Shown here: positions 17,865 to 27,095 of the stretch, in pieces
How the letters are laid out: each line of letters begins with the position of its first letter
Position numbering within the stretch: the stretch's first letter is position 1
Source: Phycisphaerae bacterium
GTDB taxonomy: Bacteria; Planctomycetota; Phycisphaerae; UBA1845
Direction: 5' to 3'
Assembly: GCA_963666835.2 (NCBI GenBank)
Contig: CAXXGO010000006.1
Coordinates: 1,184,001 to 1,248,000, forward strand
Length of the DNA: 64,000 nt
The notes under the pieces: model-generated
Database searches by the model: none
Told to the model about the DNA's origin: nothing
Seen by the model: only the letters and a program-made list of their open reading frames with translations
Translations under genes and position numbers: made by a program

Positions 17865-18283
17865 TGTACGGAGCACTGGATACTGCTACGTCTGCGTTAG
17901 TAGCGCAGCGGACTAACCTCGATGTGATTGCCGGTAACATCGGGATGAAGGAGTCCTACCGCATGGAGGGGGACGAGGCGATGCCCTTCCGCCGGCGGGT
18001 GGCTTTGTTCGCGCCGGGGCACCCTTCAGACCCGCAAGGTAAGCCGGGGGTGCGGGTAGCGGACATAGTCGAGGACCCGACCCCGTTTGAGCTGCGCTGG
18101 GCACCGGACGACCCGCACGCGATCAAGAGTGGTCCGCAGGCCGGGTATGTGCGTCTTTCCAACGTGGACTATCACACGGAGATGGTCAATGCGATGGTGG
18201 CGGCGCGGGCGTACGAGGCGAACATAACCGTGATGGAAATGACTAAGTCGATGGCGAAAACGACGCTACGGCTTATTGCTTAA
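17864..18283 (+). CDS. flgC: Flagellar basal-body rod protein FlgC
   Basis: SALVAQRTNLDVIAGNI, PFRRR, GYVRLSNVD...EMVNAMVAARAYEAN. Confidence 0.93.
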   Translation: MYGALDTATSALVAQRTNLDVIAGNIGMKESYRMEGDEAMPFRRRVALFAPGHPSDPQGKPGVRVADIVEDPTPFELRWAPDDPHAIKSGPQAGYVRLSNVDYHTEMVNAMVAARAYEANITVMEMTKSMAKTTLRLIA

Positions 18284-18310
18284 AGGTGAACGCGGCGAGG
18301 AGCGAAACCG

Positions 18311-18622
18311 ATGTCGGACCCGATTCAGTTTCCCGGCTCGATTGCCCCGGTGAGTTCTGCCACAGGTGCGTCGCAGGTGAATGCGGCAGAGGCGCCCAAG
18401 GGGCGGGACTTCAAGACGATCCTGATGGAGAGCCTCGACGAAGTGAACCGGCTGCAAACCGAGGCGGATGCCGGGGTGCAACGGCTGGTGACCGGCGAGA
18501 CGGACAACGTTGCGGAGGTTCTCACGGCCGTGAACAAGGCCGGAGTGGCGTTTGACCTGCTGATGGAGGTTCGCAACAAGCTGACGGACGCTTATCGCGA
18601 CATCCAACAGATGAGGGTCTAG
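18311..18622 (+). CDS. fliE: Flagellar hook-basal body complex protein FliE
   Basis: F...L..SL.EVNRLQ, LVTGE, KAGVAFDLLMEVRNKL..AY. Confidence 0.93.
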   Translation: MSDPIQFPGSIAPVSSATGASQVNAAEAPKGRDFKTILMESLDEVNRLQTEADAGVQRLVTGETDNVAEVLTAVNKAGVAFDLLMEVRNKLTDAYRDIQQMRV

Positions 18623-18784
18623 GCCGGCGGTCCCGGCACCCTCGACCCGGCAACAGGGCACCACAACCGGGCGGCAAGTAACGGATCGGACATGGAGGTC
18701 CGATCTGCCGTCCGCTTTAGTTCGGAGAACGAGTCGCCCGGCCGCCCGCGCGAATGCCGGCCGGCGTTAAGAGGATAACCGATC

Positions 18785-20470
18785 ATGGATCGGCTTCGTC
18801 AACTTACGGCCTACATTGCTGCGCAGATGAGTGTGCTGACCGTGTCACAACGGCTGGCGATCGGGCTTTGCGCGGCGTTGATTGCGGGTTCGCTGCTCTG
18901 GTTACTGCAATGGTCGACCACTCCGGAGCTGGTACCGCTGGTGACGACAGAGCTGTCGTACGACGACGTGACCGCGGCGGAACAGGCGCTGAACGCCGGC
19001 GGTGTTTTCTACGAGACGGTCGGTACGAGAATTCTCGTTCGCCCCGCGGATCGGCATAACGCGCTGCGTATCGTTCATTCGGCAAACGCGCTCCCGGAAG
19101 GGAGTCTGTTCGATATGCAGGCGGTAGTCAGCGATCAGAACCCCTTCTTGGCTCCCGAAGCTCGCAAATTCGCGCAGACGTATGCCAAGGGAAACGAGCT
19201 GGCCAAGGTCATTGCCACATATCCGTTTGTCAAAAGTGCGTCGGTGTTGATTCAGGATCGCGAAAAGAGGCGGATCGGCGGTTCTTCGCATAGTCCTACG
19301 GCTTCCGTAGTGGTGAGGCTGGCGGCGGGCAAGGAAATGGGCGCGGGGATGATCGAGGGGTTTGCGAAGCTGGTCGCCGGGGCGGTCGCCGGGCTCCAAC
19401 CGCACAACGTCAACATTACCGATTCGAGCACCGGGCGGTCCTACAGCATGCCTCACCCGGATGACGCGATGAGCGTGGATTACCTTGATCGCGTCAAGAA
19501 GCACGAAGCTCATCTGCTTCAGAAAATCAGGGACAAACTTGCGGACATTCCCGGTCTTCTCGCGTCGGTGACCGTCGAGCTTGAGACGAGCAAACGGGTC
19601 ACGACGAAGGTCAAGCACGCCTCGGCGCAACCCAAAAGCGAGTCGGAGCAGAACAGCGAGTCGTCTTCCGGTAACCAGCCGACGGAACCCGGAGTCCAAG
19701 CGAATCTGGGCCAAGCCCTCACCGCCGGAGGGAGCTCGCAGACGATGACCACGGGCGATACCAAGACGGAATACTTCGAGCCGAAGATGAGCGAGACCGA
19801 GACGGTCGAGCAGATACCGTTTGTTATGAAACACGCGACCGCGGCCGTGAGTATCCCGCGGAGTTTCATCGTCGGCGTGTTCACGGCCCAGCATCCGGAC
19901 CAGCCGGGTCCCAAAGACGACGACGCCAGTTTCGTGGCGGTCCGCGATGCGCAGGTTGCTCGAGTCAAGGCGAGCGTGGAACGAATCGTCATGGCCAAGG
20001 ACCCGGATGATGTCGAGGTCGACGTCTATCCGGACATGGAGTGGAGCCCGGATGAGCGCCGTTGGATTTCAGGGGATGGCGGGATCGCTATGGCGACCGA
20101 AGAAGCCGGGGCTCTCGATGCTTTCGGCCTGGCACGCACCTACGGACCCCAAGTGGGTCTGCTGGTTTTGGCCATGATGAGCCTGTTCATGATGACGCGC
20201 CTGGTGCGCAGGTCCGCGGAGATCACGGGGAGGGAGCGAGCCCGGGTCTTGGCCGAAACGGAGCCGGAGGAGTTGGAGGGAGGCATTCTCTCCGTAGGTC
20301 CGCAGGCCATCGGCGAGGCGGGTCTGTCGGATAGTCTGTTGACCGGTAAGGAAGTCGACGGCGAGACGCTCCGGTACAAGGAGCTCGGATCGGAGGTGGC
20401 CAAGATGGTTGAGGGCGACCCCGAGGCGGCCGCCGAGTTGATTCGACGTTGGGTGGAAGATATGGGGTAA
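18785..20470 (+). CDS. fliF: Flagellar MS-ring protein FliF
   Basis: Two TM segments, PTASVVV, LVAGAVAGL.P.NVNITD, C-terminal DPEAAAELIRRWV. Located between fliE and fliG. Confidence 0.9.
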   Translation: MDRLRQLTAYIAAQMSVLTVSQRLAIGLCAALIAGSLLWLLQWSTTPELVPLVTTELSYDDVTAAEQALNAGGVFYETVGTRILVRPADRHNALRIVHSANALPEGSLFDMQAVVSDQNPFLAPEARKFAQTYAKGNELAKVIATYPFVKSASVLIQDREKRRIGGSSHSPTASVVVRLAAGKEMGAGMIEGFAKLVAGAVAGLQPHNVNITDSSTGRSYSMPHPDDAMSVDYLDRVKKHEAHLLQKIRDKLADIPGLLASVTVELETSKRVTTKVKHASAQPKSESEQNSESSSGNQPTEPGVQANLGQALTAGGSSQTMTTGDTKTEYFEPKMSETETVEQIPFVMKHATAAVSIPRSFIVGVFTAQHPDQPGPKDDDASFVAVRDAQVARVKASVERIVMAKDPDDVEVDVYPDMEWSPDERRWISGDGGIAMATEEAGALDAFGLARTYGPQVGLLVLAMMSLFMMTRLVRRSAEITGRERARVLAETEPEELEGGILSVGPQAIGEAGLSDSLLTGKEVDGETLRYKELGSEVAKMVEGDPEAAAELIRRWVEDMG

Positions 20471-20559
20471 ACCACTGTGGTTCCCTCGGGCGAGCTTCGT
20501 TGCCCGGGAGTGTCGGGTAATTGACACCGCGCGATGCGGATATCGATAGGACGGCCGAA

Positions 20560-21600
20560 ATGGCGGGTAAACCACAAGGCGACTCGGGTGACGGACCCCC
20601 TCCTCTGCGAGGTATAACCAAAGCGGCGATCTTACTTCTGGCGTTGGGGCGGGATACTTCCGCGACCGTAATGCGGCAGTTGAACCAGGACATCGTCGAA
20701 GAGATCACGCGGGAGATAGCCCACCTCGATCAGGTTGATGTTGTAGAGCAGGGCCGGGTAGTGGAGGAGTTCTACAATCTTGCCCTTGCGACCCAGTACG
20801 CGCAGTCGGGCGGAGTGCTCTACGCGCGAAACCTGTTGGAGAAGGTCCTGCCGCCGGACCAAGCCGCCCGGATCATTCGGGTAATCGAGACTCAGGTCCA
20901 CAAGCGGCCGTTTTCGTTCTTGGCCAAGACCGATTCCGAGAACCTGATGACGTTTATCCAGGACGAGCATCCGCAGACTATCGCATTGATTATGTCTCAC
21001 CTGACGAGTGGGAAGGCCGGCGAGATTCTGGCCGGTCTATCCGCCAGCAAACAGGTCGAGGTCGTCTCTCGCATAGCTCACATGGAGAACACCAACCCGG
21101 AGGTAATCAAGGAAGTCGAGCAGGGGTTGGAGATGCGGCTCTCCGGTGTGGTATCGCAGACGTTCCAGAAGGTCGGTGGGGTCGAGTCGGTGGCCGAGAT
21201 GTTGAACCTGGCGGACCGCAGCACCGAGAAGGCCATCATGGAGGCACTCGAAGCTCAGGATCCGGATTTGGTGGAAGAGATTCGGCGACTGATGTTCATC
21301 TTCGAGGACATCATGCTCGTAAACGACAAGGGTATCCAACTCGTCCTCAAGGAGATCGAGAACGAAGATCTGGCGTTGGCCCTCAAGACCGCCAGCGAGG
21401 AACTGCACGAGAAGATCTTCCGGAACATGTCTGAACGGGCGGCGGAGATGATCCGGGAGGACATGGAGTATATGGGTCCGGTTCGCGTCAGTGACGTGGA
21501 GGCGGCTCAGCAGAAGATCGTCGATGTGGTCCGCCGGCTCGAGGACGCGGGCGAGATCATCATCTCCGGACGCGGCGGCGAGAAGGAAATGATCGTATGA
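20560..21600 (+). CDS. fliG: Flagellar motor switch protein FliG
   Basis: KAAILLLALG, EHPQTIALI, GGVESVAEMLN, MFIFED, NMSERAAEMIRED, GPVRVSDVEAAQ. Confidence 0.96.
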   Translation: MAGKPQGDSGDGPPPLRGITKAAILLLALGRDTSATVMRQLNQDIVEEITREIAHLDQVDVVEQGRVVEEFYNLALATQYAQSGGVLYARNLLEKVLPPDQAARIIRVIETQVHKRPFSFLAKTDSENLMTFIQDEHPQTIALIMSHLTSGKAGEILAGLSASKQVEVVSRIAHMENTNPEVIKEVEQGLEMRLSGVVSQTFQKVGGVESVAEMLNLADRSTEKAIMEALEAQDPDLVEEIRRLMFIFEDIMLVNDKGIQLVLKEIENEDLALALKTASEELHEKIFRNMSERAAEMIREDMEYMGPVRVSDVEAAQQKIVDVVRRLEDAGEIIISGRGGEKEMIV

Positions 21601-21664
21601 TCGAGTTCGCCCGCGCAGCTTGCCGTCCTAAAGGAACGTATCGCCGCCGGGTAGAGGGGGCACG

Positions 21665-22378
21665 ATGGGCACGGTGATCAAAGTCGGCGAATCGGGGCCG
21701 GTTCTCGCACGGTTGTCCACCGTGGATCTGGCCGACCATCTGGCAGAAGCCCAGGCGGTTATCGACGAGGCGCACCGTCGGGCGGCGCAGATCACCGGCC
21801 AAGCCGAACGCGATGCCGAGCGCCAGAAGCGCGAGGCTCGCGAGGCGGGGTTCAAGGAGGGTTATGAGGAAGGCCGGCGTGAGGGGACGCTGGCCGGATG
21901 CCGGGAAGGGTTAGAAAAGTCGCTGAGGCACTATGAGGAAGAGAATGCCAAGATTGTGTCGGTGATGGAGCAGGCCATCGCCGGGGTCGAGGCCGACAAG
22001 GAGGAGCTCCGGGTGGCCGCGGAACGAGACCTGCTCGATTTCGCGGTGGCGGTGGCTCGCCGGCTCACCTTCGAGATAGGCCGGCTTGATAACGAGGCTG
22101 CGAAAGCCAACCTGCAGCGGGCTATTCGACTGGTCGAATCCCGAACCGATCTGACCATCAGGGTTCATCCGGATGACCTGGCGGCGATCGAGACTTTCGC
22201 CGCGGCGGTCCTGCGGCCGGCGGGAGATACGGTGAATACGAAGGTGGTGGCGGATGACACCTTGGCCCGCGGCGGGTGCATGGTCAGCAGCGGCGATACG
22301 GAAGTAGATGCCACGCTTGAGACACAGATAGACGAGATGGTCGGGCTGCTGCTCGGGAGGAGAGCGACGGATGTTTGA
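21665..22378 (+). CDS. fliH: Flagellar assembly protein FliH
   Basis: GxxxG repeats (AGFKEGYEEGRREG), IRVHPDD, RGGC.V.S...EVDATLETQ. Confidence 0.9.
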   Translation: MGTVIKVGESGPVLARLSTVDLADHLAEAQAVIDEAHRRAAQITGQAERDAERQKREAREAGFKEGYEEGRREGTLAGCREGLEKSLRHYEEENAKIVSVMEQAIAGVEADKEELRVAAERDLLDFAVAVARRLTFEIGRLDNEAAKANLQRAIRLVESRTDLTIRVHPDDLAAIETFAAAVLRPAGDTVNTKVVADDTLARGGCMVSSGDTEVDATLETQIDEMVGLLLGRRATDV

Positions 22379-23744
22379 CCTCTTCTCCAACCATCGCTCG
22401 CTGATCGAGGAAGCGGACTTCATCCGGACCACCGGGCGGGTGGTAGAGGTAGTCGGGCTAACCGTCGTGGCCGAGGGACTGGCGCTTCCGGTGGGCACCC
22501 TTTGTCGGGTCCAGCCGCGGGGCTCGGCGGCGATGGCGGCACAGGTGGTGGGTATCCGGGGGCATCAGGCGGTTCTCATGACCCTGCAAGAGCCGCTGGG
22601 CGTGGCCGTGGGCGACGCGGTGACCAGCACTCCGGGGTTGCAACGGGTGCCGGTCGGGCGGCAGATGCTCGGCGCGGTGCTCGACGGTCTGGGGCGCCCC
22701 ATCGACGGGAAAAGGGATTATGTGATTGAGGCGCATTATCCGGTGTATCGCGCCGCGCCGCCGGCGCTGACGCGGACACCGATTGAACAACCGTTGTCAA
22801 CGGGGATTCGCGCCATCGACGCGCTGCACACGGTGGGGGGTGGCCAGCGTCTGGGTATCTTCGCCGGAACGGGGGTGGGCAAGAGCGTCTTGCTCGGCAT
22901 GATCGCCCGGTACACGAAGGCGGATGTCACCGTTGTGGCGCTGATCGGTGAACGTGGTCGCGAAGTAGGCGATTTCATTCGTAAGGACCTGGGCGAGGAG
23001 GGGTGTAAGCGGGTCGTGCTGGTGGTGTCGACTTCCGACGAGTCGCCGGTTTTGAGGGTGCGCGGCGGGTTCGTCGCCACCGCAGTGGCGGAGTACTTCC
23101 GCGACCAGGGCAAAGACGTCTTGTTATTGATGGACTCTACGACGCGTATGGCGATGGCCCAGCGGCAGATCGGGTTGTCCGCGGGCGAACCGCCGACCAC
23201 CAAGGGCTATCCGCCGAGCGTGTTCGGGTTGCTTCCCAAACTGCTCGAGCGCAGCGGGCGGACCGCGGCGGGGAGTATCACCGGGCTCTATACGGTGCTT
23301 GTCGAGGGTGACGATATTACCGAGCCGATCTCGGATGCGGTGCGCGGGACCTTGGACGGTCATATCTGGCTGTCGCGCGATCTGGCCAACCGCGGGCATT
23401 ACCCGGCGATCTCCGTGCTGGAGAGCATCAGCCGGGTGATGGTGGACGTTGTGGACCAGGAGCATCTGGAGGCGGCCGGCGAGCTACGACGCGTCTTGGC
23501 GGTGTGGAACGACATTGAGGATCTGGTCAACGTCGGCGCGTATGCGGCGGGCACGAACGTCGAGTTTGACGTGGCCGTTCGAATGAAGCCGGCGATCGAT
23601 GCCTTCCTGCAACAGGCGATTGCCGAGCCCGCCGATTACGGCGAATCGCGGAAGATTTTGCTCGAGGCGGCGGAGGCAATCAGGGGTTTGCGAACCAAGT
23701 TGTCGGCGGGACGGGCATCCGGGGCGGTCGCCGCGGCGTCCTAA
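22371..23744 (+). CDS. fliI: Flagellum-specific export ATPase FliI
   Basis: GQRLGIFAGTGVGKS, LIGERGREV, LLMDSTTR, GEPPTTKGYPPS, LDGHIWLSR. Confidence 0.96.
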   Translation: MFDLFSNHRSLIEEADFIRTTGRVVEVVGLTVVAEGLALPVGTLCRVQPRGSAAMAAQVVGIRGHQAVLMTLQEPLGVAVGDAVTSTPGLQRVPVGRQMLGAVLDGLGRPIDGKRDYVIEAHYPVYRAAPPALTRTPIEQPLSTGIRAIDALHTVGGGQRLGIFAGTGVGKSVLLGMIARYTKADVTVVALIGERGREVGDFIRKDLGEEGCKRVVLVVSTSDESPVLRVRGGFVATAVAEYFRDQGKDVLLLMDSTTRMAMAQRQIGLSAGEPPTTKGYPPSVFGLLPKLLERSGRTAAGSITGLYTVLVEGDDITEPISDAVRGTLDGHIWLSRDLANRGHYPAISVLESISRVMVDVVDQEHLEAAGELRRVLAVWNDIEDLVNVGAYAAGTNVEFDVAVRMKPAIDAFLQQAIAEPADYGESRKILLEAAEAIRGLRTKLSAGRASGAVAAAS

Positions 23745-23843
23745 TGGGCGGTTCGCGTTATCAGCAGAGGGCGGCAACGCCGGGGATGTAGACGGGAGTG
23801 AGTCAGATGGATCGCGGGGCGGTTCTCGATTCGGATTGAGTTG

Positions 23844-24323
23844 ATGGCGAAGAAGTTCCGATTCACGCTTGACGTTGTCCGGAGGATCCGGCAGCAGGCC
23901 CAGAACGCGCAGAAGCGGGTCGTGGCCGATGCTGTTCGGGCGGTGGCGACGACGCAGGAGCAGATCAGCCGGACGACCCGCGAGTTGAAAGACACCATCG
24001 ACCACTCCCGCAGCTTTCGGGATGTCGCGCGGCCCGACTTGGCATTGCTCCGGGGCAACCAGGTGTATCGGGGATACTTGCACCGGCGAATTCTCGAGTC
24101 TCAGGAAGAGCTGGCCGCGCGGAAGAAGAAGCTGGCAGATGAACGCAAGACGCTCGCCGAGACCACGAAGCAGTTGAAGGTTATCGAGAAGCTCCGCGAG
24201 AAACGTTGGATGCGGTATTTGGCCGAGGTCCGGCGCGAGGAACAGGCCGGTTACGACGAGTCCGCGGCGCAGAGCTACATGCGCAAACGCGCGGTCCAGC
24301 GCGATGAGGCGCGGAGGGCATGA
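23844..24323 (+). CDS. fliJ: Flagellar export protein FliJ
   Basis: KKFRFTLDVVRRIR, coiled coil, KVIEKLREK, EQAGYDE. Follows fliI. Confidence 0.88.
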   Translation: MAKKFRFTLDVVRRIRQQAQNAQKRVVADAVRAVATTQEQISRTTRELKDTIDHSRSFRDVARPDLALLRGNQVYRGYLHRRILESQEELAARKKKLADERKTLAETTKQLKVIEKLREKRWMRYLAEVRREEQAGYDESAAQSYMRKRAVQRDEARRA

Positions 24324-25012
24324 TGAACTCCTCACTGCTCAAAAAGACATACGACGGGATAGCGTTGTTCGCCGTCCTCAATCTTCTGGTGATTGGCGGT
24401 CTTGGGGCTTACCTGATTGGTTCCGGAGCGCTCAACGGGCCGGCCCTAAAGAGAGTGGCTGCGGCGCTGCGCGAGGAAGAAGCAGAAGAGGGCGAAGGAA
24501 ACGAAGTGCCGGTTGCGGGAGAGGGGCAGGAATCGGCGGGTGAGCAAATGGCGGCGGCCGCGCCGCAGGGCGCTGCTGCTGCTGATGGCGGCCCGAACCT
24601 GGAGATCATGCGGCAGGAGGCGGATCGCATTAAGGAAGAGCTCCGGCAGAGGTTGGCGTTGAACAACGGGATTCTCCTGCGGATTACGACGGAACGCGAG
24701 AACTTCCGCAAAGAGCGCGAAGCGGCTGTCAGAGAAGACCAGGTCGATCGCGAGCAGACTGAGCAAGTGGGTTTCGCCAAACAGGTTGAGATCCTCGAGA
24801 ACCTCAAGCCGGCGACGGCTGTAGAGCACCTTCTGGCCATTGGTGATTCGGATGAGATCGCGCGGATGTTGTTGGAGATGGAAACGCGCAAGGCCAAGAA
24901 GATCGTAGAGGCCGCCAAACAGCCCGACCAGATGGAACAGATGAAGTTGGCATTGCAGCGGCTGCGGGAGGTTGCCCCGAGTCGCTCGGACGAACTGGCT
25001 ACAGGAGAATGA
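24320..25012 (+). CDS. MotE/FlbB-like (MgtE-N-like) membrane-anchored flagellar protein
   Basis: N-terminal TM, coiled coil, ILENLKPATA..., MLLEMETRKAKKIV. Sits between fliJ and fliK, as ylxF/flbB does. Confidence 0.65.
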   Translation: MMNSSLLKKTYDGIALFAVLNLLVIGGLGAYLIGSGALNGPALKRVAAALREEEAEEGEGNEVPVAGEGQESAGEQMAAAAPQGAAAADGGPNLEIMRQEADRIKEELRQRLALNNGILLRITTERENFRKEREAAVREDQVDREQTEQVGFAKQVEILENLKPATAVEHLLAIGDSDEIARMLLEMETRKAKKIVEAAKQPDQMEQMKLALQRLREVAPSRSDELATGE

Positions 25013-26337
25013 CCATCGAACCGGTGGCAGGATCATCTTTGACTGTCCGAAACGCTGCGTCGGCGGTGGACCGGACCTCGAGCAGGGAATCTGATTCAGG
25101 CTCGCTCGGTGAGGGCGGTACGGCCGCGCCGTTGGGGGTCCTGTTCGATGCCTTGTTGAGCGCGCAACGGATCTCGCTGCGTGGATCGAGTAGTCGCGGT
25201 CGGGCGTCGGCATCGCAGATGTTCGAGCCCGCGGCAAGCGGCGCCCGCGAACACCGCCGGACAACCATGGCGGCCGAGGATCGGGCCGATCGATTAGCCC
25301 GATCCCAACCGGAGCGTATGGATACGACGAGCGTAAGGGCTCGCAGCGCCAAGCAGGGCGCCGGCGCGGGCGATTGTGTTGCCAAGGAGTCGTCAGAGCT
25401 TTCCGGGCGGGGCAATCTGTCCCGGGAGGCGAGCCGGTCGAAGCTCGGGACCGCTGGCACCGGGTCTTCACTGCAATCTTCGAACCCGGCAGCTCTTCGG
25501 GGAGATGCCACAGCGTCGTCATCCAGTGATGTGCTCGGCAGCGTGGCGAGTCGCTCAGATGCTGGAACCCGCGGGTCGCGCGAACCGGCCATGATGGGAT
25601 TGCAGACGGCTGCCGCTGTGCCGCAGATGGTGTCCACCGGCGCGGCTGAACGAGTTGGGACCAACGGGCGGGCGGACGGGGCGGTCGCGCGACATGTGGC
25701 GGAGATCCTCAGCTCCGGGCGGATTGCGGAACCGGAGTCTGCCCGAGCCGCGGGGTTGCCGGCGGCCGGTGACAGTCGCGAGGCGTCAGCCGAACGCAAG
25801 AGCGCGCAAGAGGCTGCCGGGCGCCAGACGTCGGGTGAAACCAACTCCAAGGCTGCGGGCGGCGGCGCCAAGACCGCTCCCACCGAGTTTGACGAACTGA
25901 TCCGTGCGATTCGCCTTCGCGGCGGAACGCGAAACTCCTCGGCGCGGCTGTATCTGGAGCCGCCGGAACTGGGCCGGGTGCAGATCGACGTGCGTATGAG
26001 CGGAGACGACATCAGGATCGCAGTCCGCGCTGAAACCGTGGAAGCCCGGAAACTTCTAACGCAACGCGCCTCGGCGCTCACCACGGCGCTCGAGCGGAGC
26101 GGCATCAACGTAGAACAGTTGGACGTGGTTGTAGATTCGGACCCCAAAGGCGAGGCAGGGGTGAGCGAACGCGAGAATGCGGATGTGGCCGGCGGGTCCG
26201 GCAGTGAGCAACGATCGCCGGCCGAAGTCCGGTCTTCAGACCGGGTGCCGGATGATCGGGTCGAACAGTTGGTGGGGATGGAGAGTGACTCCTCTCCGGC
26301 AGTCGTGGCGGAGACTCGACTGGACATCAGAGCCTGA
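25009..26337 (+). CDS. fliK: Flagellar hook-length control protein FliK
   Basis: Low-complexity N-terminus and ARLYLEPPELGRVQIDV...L...LERSGINVEQLDV (T3S4 domain). Confidence 0.88.
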   Translation: MTIEPVAGSSLTVRNAASAVDRTSSRESDSGSLGEGGTAAPLGVLFDALLSAQRISLRGSSSRGRASASQMFEPAASGAREHRRTTMAAEDRADRLARSQPERMDTTSVRARSAKQGAGAGDCVAKESSELSGRGNLSREASRSKLGTAGTGSSLQSSNPAALRGDATASSSSDVLGSVASRSDAGTRGSREPAMMGLQTAAAVPQMVSTGAAERVGTNGRADGAVARHVAEILSSGRIAEPESARAAGLPAAGDSREASAERKSAQEAAGRQTSGETNSKAAGGGAKTAPTEFDELIRAIRLRGGTRNSSARLYLEPPELGRVQIDVRMSGDDIRIAVRAETVEARKLLTQRASALTTALERSGINVEQLDVVVDSDPKGEAGVSERENADVAGGSGSEQRSPAEVRSSDRVPDDRVEQLVGMESDSSPAVVAETRLDIRA

Positions 26338-26419
26338 CCCTTCGCGGGGCGGCCGTAGTCTGACATGGGCTGATTCGGCGGAGCCGGGTTGGTCCTGGTG
26401 GCTTCCAAGGAGAACCGAT

Positions 26420-27031
26420 GTGGAAGTGAACATCCTGAGCCCGCAATACGAGACGCAGGCGACCAGCACGAGTGCCGATTCCCTCGGAGGGTTGGGTAGC
26501 GACGATTTTCTGCAGCTACTGATTGCCCAGCTTACGAATCAGGATCCGATGGAGCCGACCAGCAACGAGGAATTGCTGAACCAGATTTCCTCGATCCGGG
26601 ATATTGAGCTGTCCACTTCGCTGACCAGCACTTTGGAGGGGCTTACCGGACAACAGCGGTTCGCCTCGGCGTCGACGTTGATCGGACAGTATGTGACCGG
26701 GCTGCCGGACTCGACCGGTGTCGCCGCCAGTGGAGTCGTCATTGGAGTACGGTTCGAGACGGATGGGCTCCCCGTGCTCCAACTATCCGACGGGACGGAG
26801 CTGGCTATCGAGCAAGTCAACACGATAGAGTCCCCGCGGCAGGCCGCGGAGGCGCTGATCGGCAGCACCGTTGTGGGAGTGGACAAACGACAAGCGACGG
26901 ACCCTGAAGTGGTTGAAGGAGTGGTTGCGGCCGTCCAGGTGGAATCCGACGGCGAGGTACTCTTGGAGTTGGATACCGGTGAGGACCTGAGGTTCCGGGA
27001 TCTGGTCAGCGTTACGGCGGAGGCGGTTTGA
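26420..27031 (+). CDS. flgD: Flagellar hook capping protein FlgD
   Basis: LGSDDFLQLLIAQLTNQDPMEP, ASTLIGQYV. GTG start after RBS AAGGAG. Confidence 0.92.
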   Translation: MEVNILSPQYETQATSTSADSLGGLGSDDFLQLLIAQLTNQDPMEPTSNEELLNQISSIRDIELSTSLTSTLEGLTGQQRFASASTLIGQYVTGLPDSTGVAASGVVIGVRFETDGLPVLQLSDGTELAIEQVNTIESPRQAAEALIGSTVVGVDKRQATDPEVVEGVVAAVQVESDGEVLLELDTGEDLRFRDLVSVTAEAV

Positions 27032-27095
27032 CCCTTTTGCCGGTTCGCAGGCGGATACCGGGATTGTCAGAGACCACTTTTCAGGAAACAACAGG

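Noticed and set aside
24999..26408. Long antisense ORFs (also 12751-14184, 27671-28867, 47416-49206, 53957-55330, 1311-2369, 9284-10246)
   Set aside because: They are shadows of well-supported genes on the opposite strand, expected at this GC content, and carry no recognisable motifs.
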